Shown here piece by piece: positions 45,817 to 54,815 of a stretch of 64,000 nt of DNA (within the stretch, counting starts at the first letter, position 1; each line of letters begins with the position of its first letter). The notes under the pieces were generated by a model. That model did not search any database. It saw only the letters and a program-made list of their open reading frames with translations, and had not been told where the DNA came from. Made by a program: the position numbers and the translations under genes. The DNA is from an uncultured Actinomycetes bacterium (GTDB lineage: Bacteria; Actinomycetota; UBA4738; JBBDTT01), in the NCBI GenBank assembly GCA_963742735.1, contig CAVUMN010000004.1:480001-544000 (forward strand), in the 5' to 3' direction.

Positions 45817-47602
45817 GCCCGGAGGCGTCGAACCACTCCAGCAGCGGAATCGCGAACTTGCGCGTGGTCCCGATCGCCTCGCGGAACGCGCTGGCCGTCA
45901 GGCCCTCCTCGGCCGCGGCCAGTCGCCGGATCGCGGCCTCGGCCTCCGCGACCTGCTCGGGCAGCAGGTAGAGCTCCCGGCTCACGGCCACGGCGCGCCC
46001 CGTGGCCGCCAGGGCGTCAAGGACCTCCCGGTCGGCGCCGAGCTCGGCGGCGGTGGGAGGTGTGGGCCAGCCGGCGCGCAGGGCCTCCTCGACGCGGCGG
46101 CCCTCGGCCTCGCGGGCGCCGAGGTCCACGAGGTGGCCGGCCAGCCGCACCGTCGTTGCGTCGCGCTCGATCGTCCCCTCGGCGGCGAGGCGATCCAGGA
46201 CGGCCTCGCCCAGGTCGGGCTCCGCCACCGCCAGCGCGCGGCGCACGGCGTCGAGGTCCATCCCCGGTGACAGTGGGTGGTCGCGGTGGTGGGCCTCGAG
46301 CGCGGCGGCCACCGCCGCCCGGAACCGTTCGAGGGCCGCGGCGTGCACCCACCAGCCGCCCAGGCGTTCGGCGTCCCCGACCGCCTCCGCCCGAACCCCG
46401 GTGAGGACCGGGACGTCGGCGGCACGGACCGCGCCCCGCTCGGCAACCAGCACCGACGGGAGCCGCTCGCGGGGGACCCGCCTTGCCGCGAGCCGTCCGG
46501 GCGCGTCCCCGCCGGGGCGTGACGGCGGATCGGGGTCGAGGACCCGCCCGCCGGCGACGGTCTCGCGACGGCCTGCCTCCCGCAGGACGAACGGCTCGCC
46601 CACGTCCAGCACGACGGGGGCGGAGAGGCTCACCCGGACGTAGCCCTCCTCGGCCGCCCGCAGGCGGTCGGTACCGAGGAGCCGGATCCGCGCGTCCCGC
46701 TCGGCGGCGCCCGCGTGGATCTTGAAGGAGCCCCGCGGGGTGACGTCGTGCTCGAGGCCCCGGACCGCGCGCAGGGTTCCCTCGAACGTTCGGGTGGCCC
46801 GCCACTCGCCCGGGTGGACCAGGGCGTCGCCGCGGCGGGCCTGATCGGTCGACAGCCCGGTCAGGTTCACGGCGACCCGCGAGACGGGGACCGCCAGGTC
46901 GATGGGACGGCCGTGGGTCTGCAGGCCCCGGATCCGGGCCCGTTCGCGGGAGGGGAGGAGCTCCACCGCCTCCTCGAGCCGCAGCGGGCCGCCGGTGAGC
47001 GTCCCGGTGACCACGGTCCCGCTGCCCCGCATCGAGAAGGCTCGGTCGACGAACAGCCGCGGCCGACCGCCGGTCTCCGGCGGGGGCGTCGCCCCCAGCA
47101 TCGCGTCGAGGGCCTCGACGAGCTCGGCGATCCCGTCGCCGCGGAGCGCCGAGCAGGCCACGATCGGCGCGCCCTCAAGGACGGTGCCGGCCAGCCGCGC
47201 CTGGACCTCGGCCCGGCGCCCGGCCAGGCCCTCGGCGTCGGCCAGGTCCGACTTCGTCAGCGCCACCAGCCCCGCATCGGCCCCGAGGACGTCGACGATC
47301 TGCAGGTGCTCCTCGGACTGCGGCTTCCAGCCCTCGTCCGCGCCCACCACGAACACGACCAGGCGAACGGGCCCAACGCCCGCGAGCATGTTCTTCACGA
47401 ACTTCTCGTGGCCGGGGACGTCGACGAACCCGACCTCTCGGCCAGAGGGCAGCGTCACCCAGGCGTAGCCGAGGTCGATCGTCAGCCCGCGCCGACGTTC
47501 CTCCTCCCACCGGTCGGGCTCGATCCCGGTGAGCGCCCGGACCAGGGCCGACTTGCCGTGGTCGACGTGCCCCGCGGTCGCGACGACGTGCCGGGTGCTC
47601 AC
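45749..47602 (-). CDS. selB: Selenocysteine-specific elongation factor
   Basis: ATAGHVDHGKS, EERRRGLTIDLG, DVPGHEKF, TKSD; SECIS-binding winged helix TRKFAIPLLEWFD; GTG overlaps upstream TGA. Confidence 0.96.
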   Translation of the reverse strand: MSTRHVVATAGHVDHGKSALVRALTGIEPDRWEEERRRGLTIDLGYAWVTLPSGREVGFVDVPGHEKFVKNMLAGVGPVRLVVFVVGADEGWKPQSEEHLQIVDVLGADAGLVALTKSDLADAEGLAGRRAEVQARLAGTVLEGAPIVACSALRGDGIAELVEALDAMLGATPPPETGGRPRLFVDRAFSMRGSGTVVTGTLTGGPLRLEEAVELLPSRERARIRGLQTHGRPIDLAVPVSRVAVNLTGLSTDQARRGDALVHPGEWRATRTFEGTLRAVRGLEHDVTPRGSFKIHAGAAERDARIRLLGTDRLRAAEEGYVRVSLSAPVVLDVGEPFVLREAGRRETVAGGRVLDPDPPSRPGGDAPGRLAARRVPRERLPSVLVAERGAVRAADVPVLTGVRAEAVGDAERLGGWWVHAAALERFRAAVAAALEAHHRDHPLSPGMDLDAVRRALAVAEPDLGEAVLDRLAAEGTIERDATTVRLAGHLVDLGAREAEGRRVEEALRAGWPTPPTAAELGADREVLDALAATGRAVAVSRELYLLPEQVAEAEAAIRRLAAAEEGLTASAFREAIGTTRKFAIPLLEWFDASGLTRRSGDLRRLRAPRPGPEEPG

Positions 47603-48684
47603 GTCGCCAGCAGCTCGAGCCCCGTGAGCTCGGGGAAGTCGTTCCTGCCCGCCCACGCGTACAGGATCCAGCCGAGGTGATACGAGCGGCACTCGCGATT
47701 GACCTCGAGCCGAGCCGCGGGGGCGAACTCGGCGCGCGCGCGACTCAGCCGCCCTCGCGCGAACCGGCGGGCACGCTCGAACCGTCGCGGCCGGCGGATC
47801 GAGCGGTCGATGAAGAACGGCTCGGCCGAGACCATGGGCACGCCGAGCTCGTTCTGCCCGAACAGCCACCGGTAGCTGCGGCGGATGGCGTCCTCCACGG
47901 GCGCCCCCCGGTCCAGGGCGGGAAGCAGGAACAGCATGGCCATCGCGTCCTGGTGCACGCTGTAGAGCTGATACCAGTCCACCACCCGGCGTCGCCGGAC
48001 GTCGATGAACCACGGCCATTCGCCGCGGGGGCCCTGCAGGGCGAGCACCTCGGCGAGCCCCGCGTCGAACGCCCCCGCCGCCTCCGCGTCGCCCAGCCCG
48101 TGACCGGCCTCCGACTGCGCGGCCAGGTAGTAGGCGACCGCACCGAAGGAGGTGAGGCCGCGTCGGAGCCGGGACCGCTCGTGGCTGGGGAGCGCGGTGC
48201 CGGGGGCGACGAGCTCCTCGCGCATCCGCGCGGCGACCTTCACGGCCGCCTCCGCCGACGCGGCGTTTCCGGTGGCCGCCGCGTGGGACGCCAGCCCAAG
48301 CACACACCACGACCGCTCCTGCGCGTTCAGCCGCCGGTCACCGGCGCTCGTGGCGATCAGCTCACCCGCGAGCCCGCGGGCGGCATCGTGTCCGGCCTCG
48401 GTCAGGCCCCGAAGCAGCAGGCCGCGATCCCCCGGGTTGGTCACGCCGCCGCTCCACCGCCGCACGAAGGCCTCGACCGTCCCGCCCACGTCCCATCCCA
48501 GGTTCGGTGTTCGCACCAGCCCGGCCAGCGTGTTCACCGTGTACCGCAGGCGCCCGGGGTTCTCGAAGTCGTGCACGTAGGCCCCGTCGCGCAGGCGGGT
48601 CGAGTACGCGAACAACCCCAGGTCCTCGTCGTACATCTCGCGCAGGAGCCCCGCGGAGCGGTGGAGGAGCGCGGGGGCGGTCAT
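47599..48684 (-). CDS. Uncharacterised helical ((alpha/alpha)-barrel-like) protein of a type seen in polysaccharide loci
   Basis: LQGPRGEWPW, YSVHQDAMA, WLFGQNEL, ECRSYHLGW; family assignment from memory. Confidence 0.65.
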   Translation of the reverse strand: MTAPALLHRSAGLLREMYDEDLGLFAYSTRLRDGAYVHDFENPGRLRYTVNTLAGLVRTPNLGWDVGGTVEAFVRRWSGGVTNPGDRGLLLRGLTEAGHDAARGLAGELIATSAGDRRLNAQERSWCVLGLASHAAATGNAASAEAAVKVAARMREELVAPGTALPSHERSRLRRGLTSFGAVAYYLAAQSEAGHGLGDAEAAGAFDAGLAEVLALQGPRGEWPWFIDVRRRRVVDWYQLYSVHQDAMAMLFLLPALDRGAPVEDAIRRSYRWLFGQNELGVPMVSAEPFFIDRSIRRPRRFERARRFARGRLSRARAEFAPAARLEVNRECRSYHLGWILYAWAGRNDFPELTGLELLAT

Positions 48685-49838
48685 ACCCCGTCGTGGAGCG
48701 ACAGTTCGCGAGTCACGGCGTCGGGTTCGGAGGCGGCGGCCAGCGCGAGGAGCATCCAGCTCTGGGTCCACCGCAGGAACAGCCGCGCGTCCACCCGTCG
48801 CCGGTGCACCCGATGGACGTACCGGCGCCGCGATGGGTCCCACGCCGCGGCGTCCGCGTCCTGCAGGATCGCCCGCGCCGCGCCGGGCCCGTCCAGGAGC
48901 AGGGCGCCGAGCGCGACGACCGCGTGGTTGTGGGGGTCGATCGGATACCGCTCGCCCGGGCGGTAGCAGAGCTTCCCGTCCGGCAGGAAGAACGAGCGGC
49001 GGAAGTAGTCCTCCAGCCGTCCGGCGGCCTGATCGTAGGTCGCCACCTCGGGGAGGGGGAGGGCGCGGGCGATCACGCGCACGCAGGCAAGCACGTACAG
49101 GTGATGGAACGCGTCCGTCCAGTCGCCCGACGGCAGGTCCGTGTACGGGATCCGTCCCTCGTCGTCGACGGCCGCCACCGACGTGGCCGAGGTCCGCGCG
49201 GCCACGTCGAGGAAGTCCTCCCGGCCGAAGCGCGCGCCCACCAGGCTCAGCGCGGCGCCGCCGAGCAGGTTCGCGTTGTGGGTGTTCGCGCGCGAGTGCG
49301 CGAAGTAGCCGAGGAACGGCCCCCCCGGCCCCTCCCGCAGGTGCGCCGAGGCGTAGTACCTCCCCGCGTCGGCGAGCAGCTCCGCGTGGCGCGAGGTGGC
49401 ACCCCGGGCGTCGTCGTGGACGAGCGCGAACATCGCGAACGCTCCCGGGACCATGGCAGACGCACGCCGCGCGTTCACCGCGCCCTCGCGGGTGGCCCAC
49501 GTGTAGTCGTACCCCCAGTGGACGCCGGCCGGACCCCGGACCGCCATCGCCCGCAACGCCCGCAACGCCTCATCCGCTCGATGGCCGTCACCCAGCAGCC
49601 GATGGGCGAAGTAGGACGTCACGTAGATCTTCGGGTCCTCGATCGGCCTCACGCCGAGCCCCCGCCGCAGCAAGTCCGGCGCCACCCGAGAGCCGAACTT
49701 GCTCAGGGCGAGCTGGCCGAGGTGCCATCGCTTGGGGACCCACCCGAGGACGGGGGAGTTGGGCAGGTCGAACGGGTCGTGGCCGCGGTAGTCCGCGAAC
49801 TCGATCAGCTCGACGAGTGCCCGGATGCGCGCGCGCAT
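48681..49838 (-). CDS. Uncharacterised (alpha/alpha)6-barrel-like protein of a type seen in capsule/EPS loci; start uncertain (49838-49904)
   Basis: GHDPFD.PNS, WGYDYTW, HNANLLG, WTDAFH, YPIDPH, RWTQSWMLLAL. Confidence 0.65.
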   Translation of the reverse strand: MRARIRALVELIEFADYRGHDPFDLPNSPVLGWVPKRWHLGQLALSKFGSRVAPDLLRRGLGVRPIEDPKIYVTSYFAHRLLGDGHRADEALRALRAMAVRGPAGVHWGYDYTWATREGAVNARRASAMVPGAFAMFALVHDDARGATSRHAELLADAGRYYASAHLREGPGGPFLGYFAHSRANTHNANLLGGAALSLVGARFGREDFLDVAARTSATSVAAVDDEGRIPYTDLPSGDWTDAFHHLYVLACVRVIARALPLPEVATYDQAAGRLEDYFRRSFFLPDGKLCYRPGERYPIDPHNHAVVALGALLLDGPGAARAILQDADAAAWDPSRRRYVHRVHRRRVDARLFLRWTQSWMLLALAAASEPDAVTRELSLHDGV

Positions 49839-49848
49839 CCAGCCGGGG

Positions 49849-51630
49849 TCATCGCCCGGCGTGTGCCGCTCCCGCCCGCCGTTGATACGCCTCCGGGGAG
49901 TCATTGATCACCAGGTAGTCGCCGATGGCGAGCGCGTCGAGATGGGCCTGCTTGAAGGCCTTCACCGCCTCGTCCGGGGTGCAGATGATGGGTTCCTCGT
50001 GCATGTTGAAGCTCGTGTTGATGATCGAGGGGATGCCGGTCAGCTCGTGATAGCGCGTGAGGGTGTCGTGGATCGACGGATTGACCTCGCGGCGGATCAG
50101 CTGCGGCCTGGCCGTCCCGTCCACGTGCACGCACGCCGGTGACTGCTCGCGCATCGGCTTCGTGGCGTCGAACGTGATCGTCATGAACTCGGCCGTGTGC
50201 TCGGCGCCGCCGACGCCCTCGTAGCACTCGGACGCATGCTCGGCAAGGGTCACCGGCGCGAACGGCATGAACTCCGAGCGCCGCAGCTGCTTGTTGAGCC
50301 AGTCGTTCGCGGTCGGGTCCTTCGCGTGGTACAGGATCGAGCGGTTCCCCAGGGCCCTGGGGCCGTACTCCATCCGCCCCTGGAACCTGGCGATGATGTA
50401 GCCCTCGGCCAGCAGCTCCGCCAGCCGCCGCTCGAGCTTCCCGTCGCCGAGCTCGGTGTAGGGCAGGCCGCCGCGGTCCAGGGCCGCGCGGATCTCCGCC
50501 GCCGAATACTCCGGACCCAGGTAGACGTCGTCCAGGCGGTAGGGCTCGAACGGGCGCACCGCGTGGGCGGCGAGCATGGCCGCGCCGAACCCCGTCCCCT
50601 CGTCGCCCATCGCCGGCTGCACGAAGATGTTCCGGAACCCCAGGGCCTTGATCCGCTGGTTCAGCTTCACGTTGGCGAACACGCCGCCGCCCACCACGAT
50701 GTTGTGCTCGGCAGGGTCGGGCACGTGGCGGCGGATCAGGGCCAGGACGTCGCGCTCCAGGAGGAACTGGATCGCCGCGGCGATCTGCTCGCGCGTCCAC
50801 GCGCCGAACATGGTTTCCCGAATCTCCCGCAGGCGCGGGAGGTTGGCCTCGGGGTCGACGTGGATCAGGTGGAACCAGTTGACCTTCGCCCCGCGCCGGT
50901 ACTGGCCGCGCAGCCACTCGTCGAGGCGCGTGACCAGGTCCTCGTCGGCCTCGGCGTACGCGGCGAGGCCGGTGACCTTCCCCGGGTGCTTGTCGGGGTC
51001 GAACCCGAGCATCGCCGTGACCAGCTCGTAGGACTGGCCGGCGATGTGCTCGCTCTGGAAGTAGCGGTGCTGGATCTCGAAGCCGGTTCCGCGGCCGCGG
51101 CCGACGCACGCCGACAGCAGGTCGCCCACGCCGTCCACCGACAGGACGATCGCCTCGTCCATCCCCGAGCAGTAGTAGGCCGAGGCCATGTGGCAGCGGT
51201 GGTGGTCGTAGCCGGCGTCCACGCGCTTCCCGGCGAAGTCGTTCGTCGAGATCGAGAAGCGGTGGAGGTCCCGGTCCCGCTTGATCTTCTTCCGATAGAA
51301 CAGGCCGGCAACCTCGCTCAGCCGCTCGACCGGGGGGATCGACCACCGCCCATGGCGGAGGCCGTCCCAGTAATAGGCCGCCTCCCGGGCGATCCGCTGC
51401 GGCGTCCGAAGCCGCGCGAACGCGAGGGTGGAGCCCTCCAGGTCGTATCGGTCGGCGGCGTAGGCGTACGCCAGCCGGGGCATGCCCCGCTGGAGCTTCA
51501 CGCGCGTGAACCGCTCCTCGCTCGCGGAGAAGATCGGCCGGCCGCCGTCGTCGACGAGCGTGACGCTCGCGCAGTGGCTCTTGCTGATGCCGGTGGCACG
51601 AACCCGGGTGCCGCGCGCAGGGGCTGACAT
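49849..51630 (-). CDS. NodU/CmcH-family O-carbamoyltransferase
   Basis: H.AS...SEERFTRVK, HHRCHMASAYY, VDGVGD, GKVTGLAAY, GGVFANVKLN, PAMGDEG, MEYGPRALGNRSIL, FMPFAP, HVDGTARPQ, NTSFNMHEEPI. Confidence 0.95.
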   Translation of the reverse strand: MSAPARGTRVRATGISKSHCASVTLVDDGGRPIFSASEERFTRVKLQRGMPRLAYAYAADRYDLEGSTLAFARLRTPQRIAREAAYYWDGLRHGRWSIPPVERLSEVAGLFYRKKIKRDRDLHRFSISTNDFAGKRVDAGYDHHRCHMASAYYCSGMDEAIVLSVDGVGDLLSACVGRGRGTGFEIQHRYFQSEHIAGQSYELVTAMLGFDPDKHPGKVTGLAAYAEADEDLVTRLDEWLRGQYRRGAKVNWFHLIHVDPEANLPRLREIRETMFGAWTREQIAAAIQFLLERDVLALIRRHVPDPAEHNIVVGGGVFANVKLNQRIKALGFRNIFVQPAMGDEGTGFGAAMLAAHAVRPFEPYRLDDVYLGPEYSAAEIRAALDRGGLPYTELGDGKLERRLAELLAEGYIIARFQGRMEYGPRALGNRSILYHAKDPTANDWLNKQLRRSEFMPFAPVTLAEHASECYEGVGGAEHTAEFMTITFDATKPMREQSPACVHVDGTARPQLIRREVNPSIHDTLTRYHELTGIPSIINTSFNMHEEPIICTPDEAVKAFKQAHLDALAIGDYLVINDSPEAYQRRAGAAHAGR

Positions 51631-51654
51631 GGGCTGATGGTACGCGAGCCGAAC

Positions 51655-53022
51655 CTACCCGCCACCCACGTTGCCCAGCGTGTACCGGATGGCGCGGGAC
51701 AGATCGGGATCCTCCTCGGGGGCCACCGCGCGCAGGTCGAACACCACCGCGTCCGCCTCGACCCGGCAGAACACCGGCGGCTGGCTCACGCGCAGGGCGG
51801 CCGCGAACTCCTCCGGATGCTCGACCGGGAGCCGGACACCCGCGGAGCCGATGGCGTGCCCCGGCGCCGACCCTCCTCCGGCGGAGGCCTCGGTGTCGAC
51901 GACCGCCGCCCCCGCGAGCGCCTTCGCGATCGCGCGGGCCCGGGCCCGCAACTCCCGGCGCGTGGCGCGCATCGTCCGCCAGAACGGCACCGCGTCGACC
52001 TCGCCCCGCGCATGTGCGCGGAGCGTCGCCACCAGCGCGGCCACCGTCATCACGTCCACGCGCAGCGCGCGGGCCATGGGGTTCTTCCGAAGCCGTGCCA
52101 CCAGCTCGGCCCGGCCCACCAGGATCCCGGCCTGCGGCCCTCCCAGGAGCTTGTCGCCGCTGAAGCACACCAGGTCCGCGCCCGCGGCCAGGGACTCGGC
52201 GGCCGAGGGCTCCTCCGGCGGCATCCCCGCGCTCCGTTGCAGCAGCCCGCTGCCCAGGTCGTGGAGCAGCGGGACGTCCTTTCGGTGGGCCGCCTCGGCG
52301 AGTGCCGCGGTGGCCACCGATTCGGTGAACCCGCTCACCCGGTAGTTGCTGGGGTGGACCTGCAGGATCAGCGCCGTCCTCGGGCCGATCGCGCGCTCGT
52401 AGTCCGAGCGCCGGGTCCGGTTCGTGGTGCCGACCTCGACGAGCTTCGCGCCGCTCGCCGCCATCACGTCGGGCAGGCGGAACTCGCCCCCGATCTCGAT
52501 CAGCTCGCCCCGCGAGACCAGGACCTCCCTGCGCCGGGCCAGCGCGCTCAGTGCCAGCAGCAACGCCGCGGCGTTGTTGTTCACGACCAGGGCGTCCTCG
52601 GCCCCGGTCAGGGCCCGCAGCAGGTACTCGGCGTGCGCGGTGCGGCGGCCGCGCTTGCCGGTGTCGCGGTCCACCTCCAGGTCGGCGTAGCGCCCGGCCA
52701 CCCGGCGCACGGCCTTCACGGCCTCCTCGCCCAGGGGCGCCCGCCCCAGCCCGGTGTGCAGCAGCACACCCGTGGCGTTGATCACCGGCTGCAGGCCGAT
52801 CGACGCGCGGGCCGCCCGCCGCGCCGCGATGGCCAGCAGCACCGTGTCGTCGGGGACGGCCCGCCCCCGGCCGGCCTCGGCCCGCGCGTCCTCGAGCGTC
52901 TCCCGGATCGCCAGACGGACCACGTCGCGCCCGAAGTCCCCCGACGCCTCGCGGGCCGGCGGGGTTCGCAGGAGGGCGTCGACCGACGGGAGGCGTCGCC
53001 GGGGGTCGCCGGCCTTCGCCAC
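51655..53022 (-). CDS. selA: L-seryl-tRNA(Sec) selenium transferase
   Basis: RLPSVD, VINATGVLLHTGLGRAPL, VNNNAAA, RGELIEIGGEFRLP, EVGTTNRT, FSGDKLLGGPQAG (PLP Lys). Confidence 0.97.
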   Translation of the reverse strand: MAKAGDPRRRLPSVDALLRTPPAREASGDFGRDVVRLAIRETLEDARAEAGRGRAVPDDTVLLAIAARRAARASIGLQPVINATGVLLHTGLGRAPLGEEAVKAVRRVAGRYADLEVDRDTGKRGRRTAHAEYLLRALTGAEDALVVNNNAAALLLALSALARRREVLVSRGELIEIGGEFRLPDVMAASGAKLVEVGTTNRTRRSDYERAIGPRTALILQVHPSNYRVSGFTESVATAALAEAAHRKDVPLLHDLGSGLLQRSAGMPPEEPSAAESLAAGADLVCFSGDKLLGGPQAGILVGRAELVARLRKNPMARALRVDVMTVAALVATLRAHARGEVDAVPFWRTMRATRRELRARARAIAKALAGAAVVDTEASAGGGSAPGHAIGSAGVRLPVEHPEEFAAALRVSQPPVFCRVEADAVVFDLRAVAPEEDPDLSRAIRYTLGNVGGG

Positions 53023-53026
53023 GAAC

Positions 53027-54199
53027 TTACAGCCCGAGCGTGCGGGCGATGATCAGGCGCTGGATCTCGCTGGTGCCCTCCACGATCCGGAGCATCCGCA
53101 CCCAGCGGTAGATGCGCTCGACCGGGCCCTCGGACAGCAGGCCCATGCCGCCCCAGATCTGGACGGCCCGGTCGGCGACGCGCCCCACCATCTCGGTGTT
53201 GTTCAGCTTCACCATGGAGGACTGCAGGATCGGGTACTCGCCTTCGTCCACCAGCCAGGCCAGGTTGTAGGTCATCAGCCGCGCCGACTGGGCCTCGACC
53301 GCCGAGTCGGCGAGCATCCATTGAACGGCCTGGTTCTTGCCGATCGGCTTGCCGAACGCGGTCCGCTCGTTCGCGTACTCCACGCTGATCCGGATCAGGT
53401 GCTCGGCGATCCCCACGCAGAGCGCGCCGATGTACGCGCGCCCGGAGTTCAGGAACTTCATCGCGGACTGGAAACCAAAGCCCACCTCGCCGATGACGCG
53501 CTCGGCCGGGACGCGGCAGTCCTCGAAGATCAGCTCGCCCGTGCCGGTGTCGCCACCCATGGTCTTCTGGTTCTTGCCGCGGATGAACCCGGGCGTATCG
53601 GCATCGACGAAGAACGCCGTGATCCCGCCGGCGGCCTTCTTGTCCGGGTCGGTCACCGCGAACACCAGCGCGTGGTCGGCGCGGGGGGCGTTGGTGATGA
53701 AGTGCTTGCGCCCGTTCAGGACCCAGTCCTCGCCGTCTTGAACCGCGCGGGTGCGGATGCTCTGCGCGTCCGATCCGGTGTCGGGCTCGGTCAGCGCGAA
53801 GCACATCGTCGTCTCGCCGCGGCACAGCGGCGGCACGTACTTGTCGCGGACCTCCGGGCGCAGGTCCATCAGGATCGGCGTGGGCGCCTCCGGCGAGGGA
53901 GGCCCGAGCGCGAAGGACCCCATGCGCAGACCCGTCGTCCCGCCCGCCTCGACCAGAAACGTGTAGCCAAGGTTCCCCAGGCCGCCGCCGCCGACGGCCT
54001 CGGGCATGTACGCGGCGTAGAAGCCGGACTCGGCCGATCGGCGGCGCAGGGCCAGGCCCTCCTGCCGGGCCTCGTCGGGCAGGCTCTCCTCCTGGAGCGC
54101 CTCCGCGAACCGCTCCTCCAGGGGGCGCGCCTCGCGCTCCAGGAACGACCGGAACGAGGACACCAGGTCCTGGTACTCCTGCGGGATGGTGAAGTCCAT
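53027..54199 (-). CDS. Acyl-CoA dehydrogenase
   Basis: FALTEPDTGSDA, LNGRKHFITN, R.AFGKPI, QIWGGMG, IVEGTSEIQR. Confidence 0.95.
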   Translation of the reverse strand: MDFTIPQEYQDLVSSFRSFLEREARPLEERFAEALQEESLPDEARQEGLALRRRSAESGFYAAYMPEAVGGGGLGNLGYTFLVEAGGTTGLRMGSFALGPPSPEAPTPILMDLRPEVRDKYVPPLCRGETTMCFALTEPDTGSDAQSIRTRAVQDGEDWVLNGRKHFITNAPRADHALVFAVTDPDKKAAGGITAFFVDADTPGFIRGKNQKTMGGDTGTGELIFEDCRVPAERVIGEVGFGFQSAMKFLNSGRAYIGALCVGIAEHLIRISVEYANERTAFGKPIGKNQAVQWMLADSAVEAQSARLMTYNLAWLVDEGEYPILQSSMVKLNNTEMVGRVADRAVQIWGGMGLLSEGPVERIYRWVRMLRIVEGTSEIQRLIIARTLGL

Positions 54200-54218
54200 G
54201 GCCGGTAACTGTATCCGC

Positions 54219-54244
54219 GTTGCGTGGCGGGGGCCGGTGGGTAT
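54219..54244 (+). promoter_or_regulatory. SigB/SigF-type stress promoter
   Basis: GTTG-N16-GGGTAT upstream of the CBS gene. Confidence 0.45.
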
Positions 54245-54283
54245 GTATCGGGAGAAGGCAACGACCCACGGAGGAGGGGGAAC

Positions 54284-54769
54284 ATGAACCTTGTCCGGCA
54301 TTTCATGGCGACCGAGGTCGAGACGGCCACCCAGGACACGCCGATCGAGGAGATCGCCCAGATGATGGCGAAGGCCGACGTGGGCTCGATCCCCATCGTT
54401 CGAGGCAACAGCCTGGAGGGCATCGTCACGGATCGGGACATCGTCGTTCGGGTCGTGGCCGAGGGTCATGCCGGTTCGGCCAAGGCGATCGACGCGATGA
54501 GCACGGACGTCGTGACCGTGACCCCCGACCAGAACGTCAGTGACGCCCGCGAACTGATGGCGGCGGGACAGATCCGCCGGCTTCCGGTGGTCAAGGGGGA
54601 CGAGCTGGTCGGCATGATCTCGCTGGGCGATCTCGCCGTGCAGGACCCGAGCGAGCGGGCCACGGGCGAGACCCTCCAGGAGATCAGCCGGTCGGCGGAC
54701 ACCGAGATCACGAACGAGGGGAAGGGTCCGGTGAAGGGCACCCCCGACCGCGTCCGCGAGGCCGGCTAG
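54284..54769 (+). CDS. CBS domain pair protein
   Basis: GGAGG RBS; GIVTDRDIV, IRRLPVV...VGMISLGDL. Confidence 0.92.
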   Translation: MNLVRHFMATEVETATQDTPIEEIAQMMAKADVGSIPIVRGNSLEGIVTDRDIVVRVVAEGHAGSAKAIDAMSTDVVTVTPDQNVSDARELMAAGQIRRLPVVKGDELVGMISLGDLAVQDPSERATGETLQEISRSADTEITNEGKGPVKGTPDRVREAG

Positions 54770-54815
54770 CGGCGCCTCCGCCCACACCGGCCGGCGCCGC
54801 TAGACTGCACGGCGC

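Noticed and set aside
45749-53022. selC (tRNA-Sec), selD or a selenoprotein near selA/selB
   Set aside because: No TCA-anticodon tRNA, selD motif or convincing in-frame TGA + SECIS was seen by eye; they are presumably elsewhere, and a tRNAscan/bSECISearch run is needed
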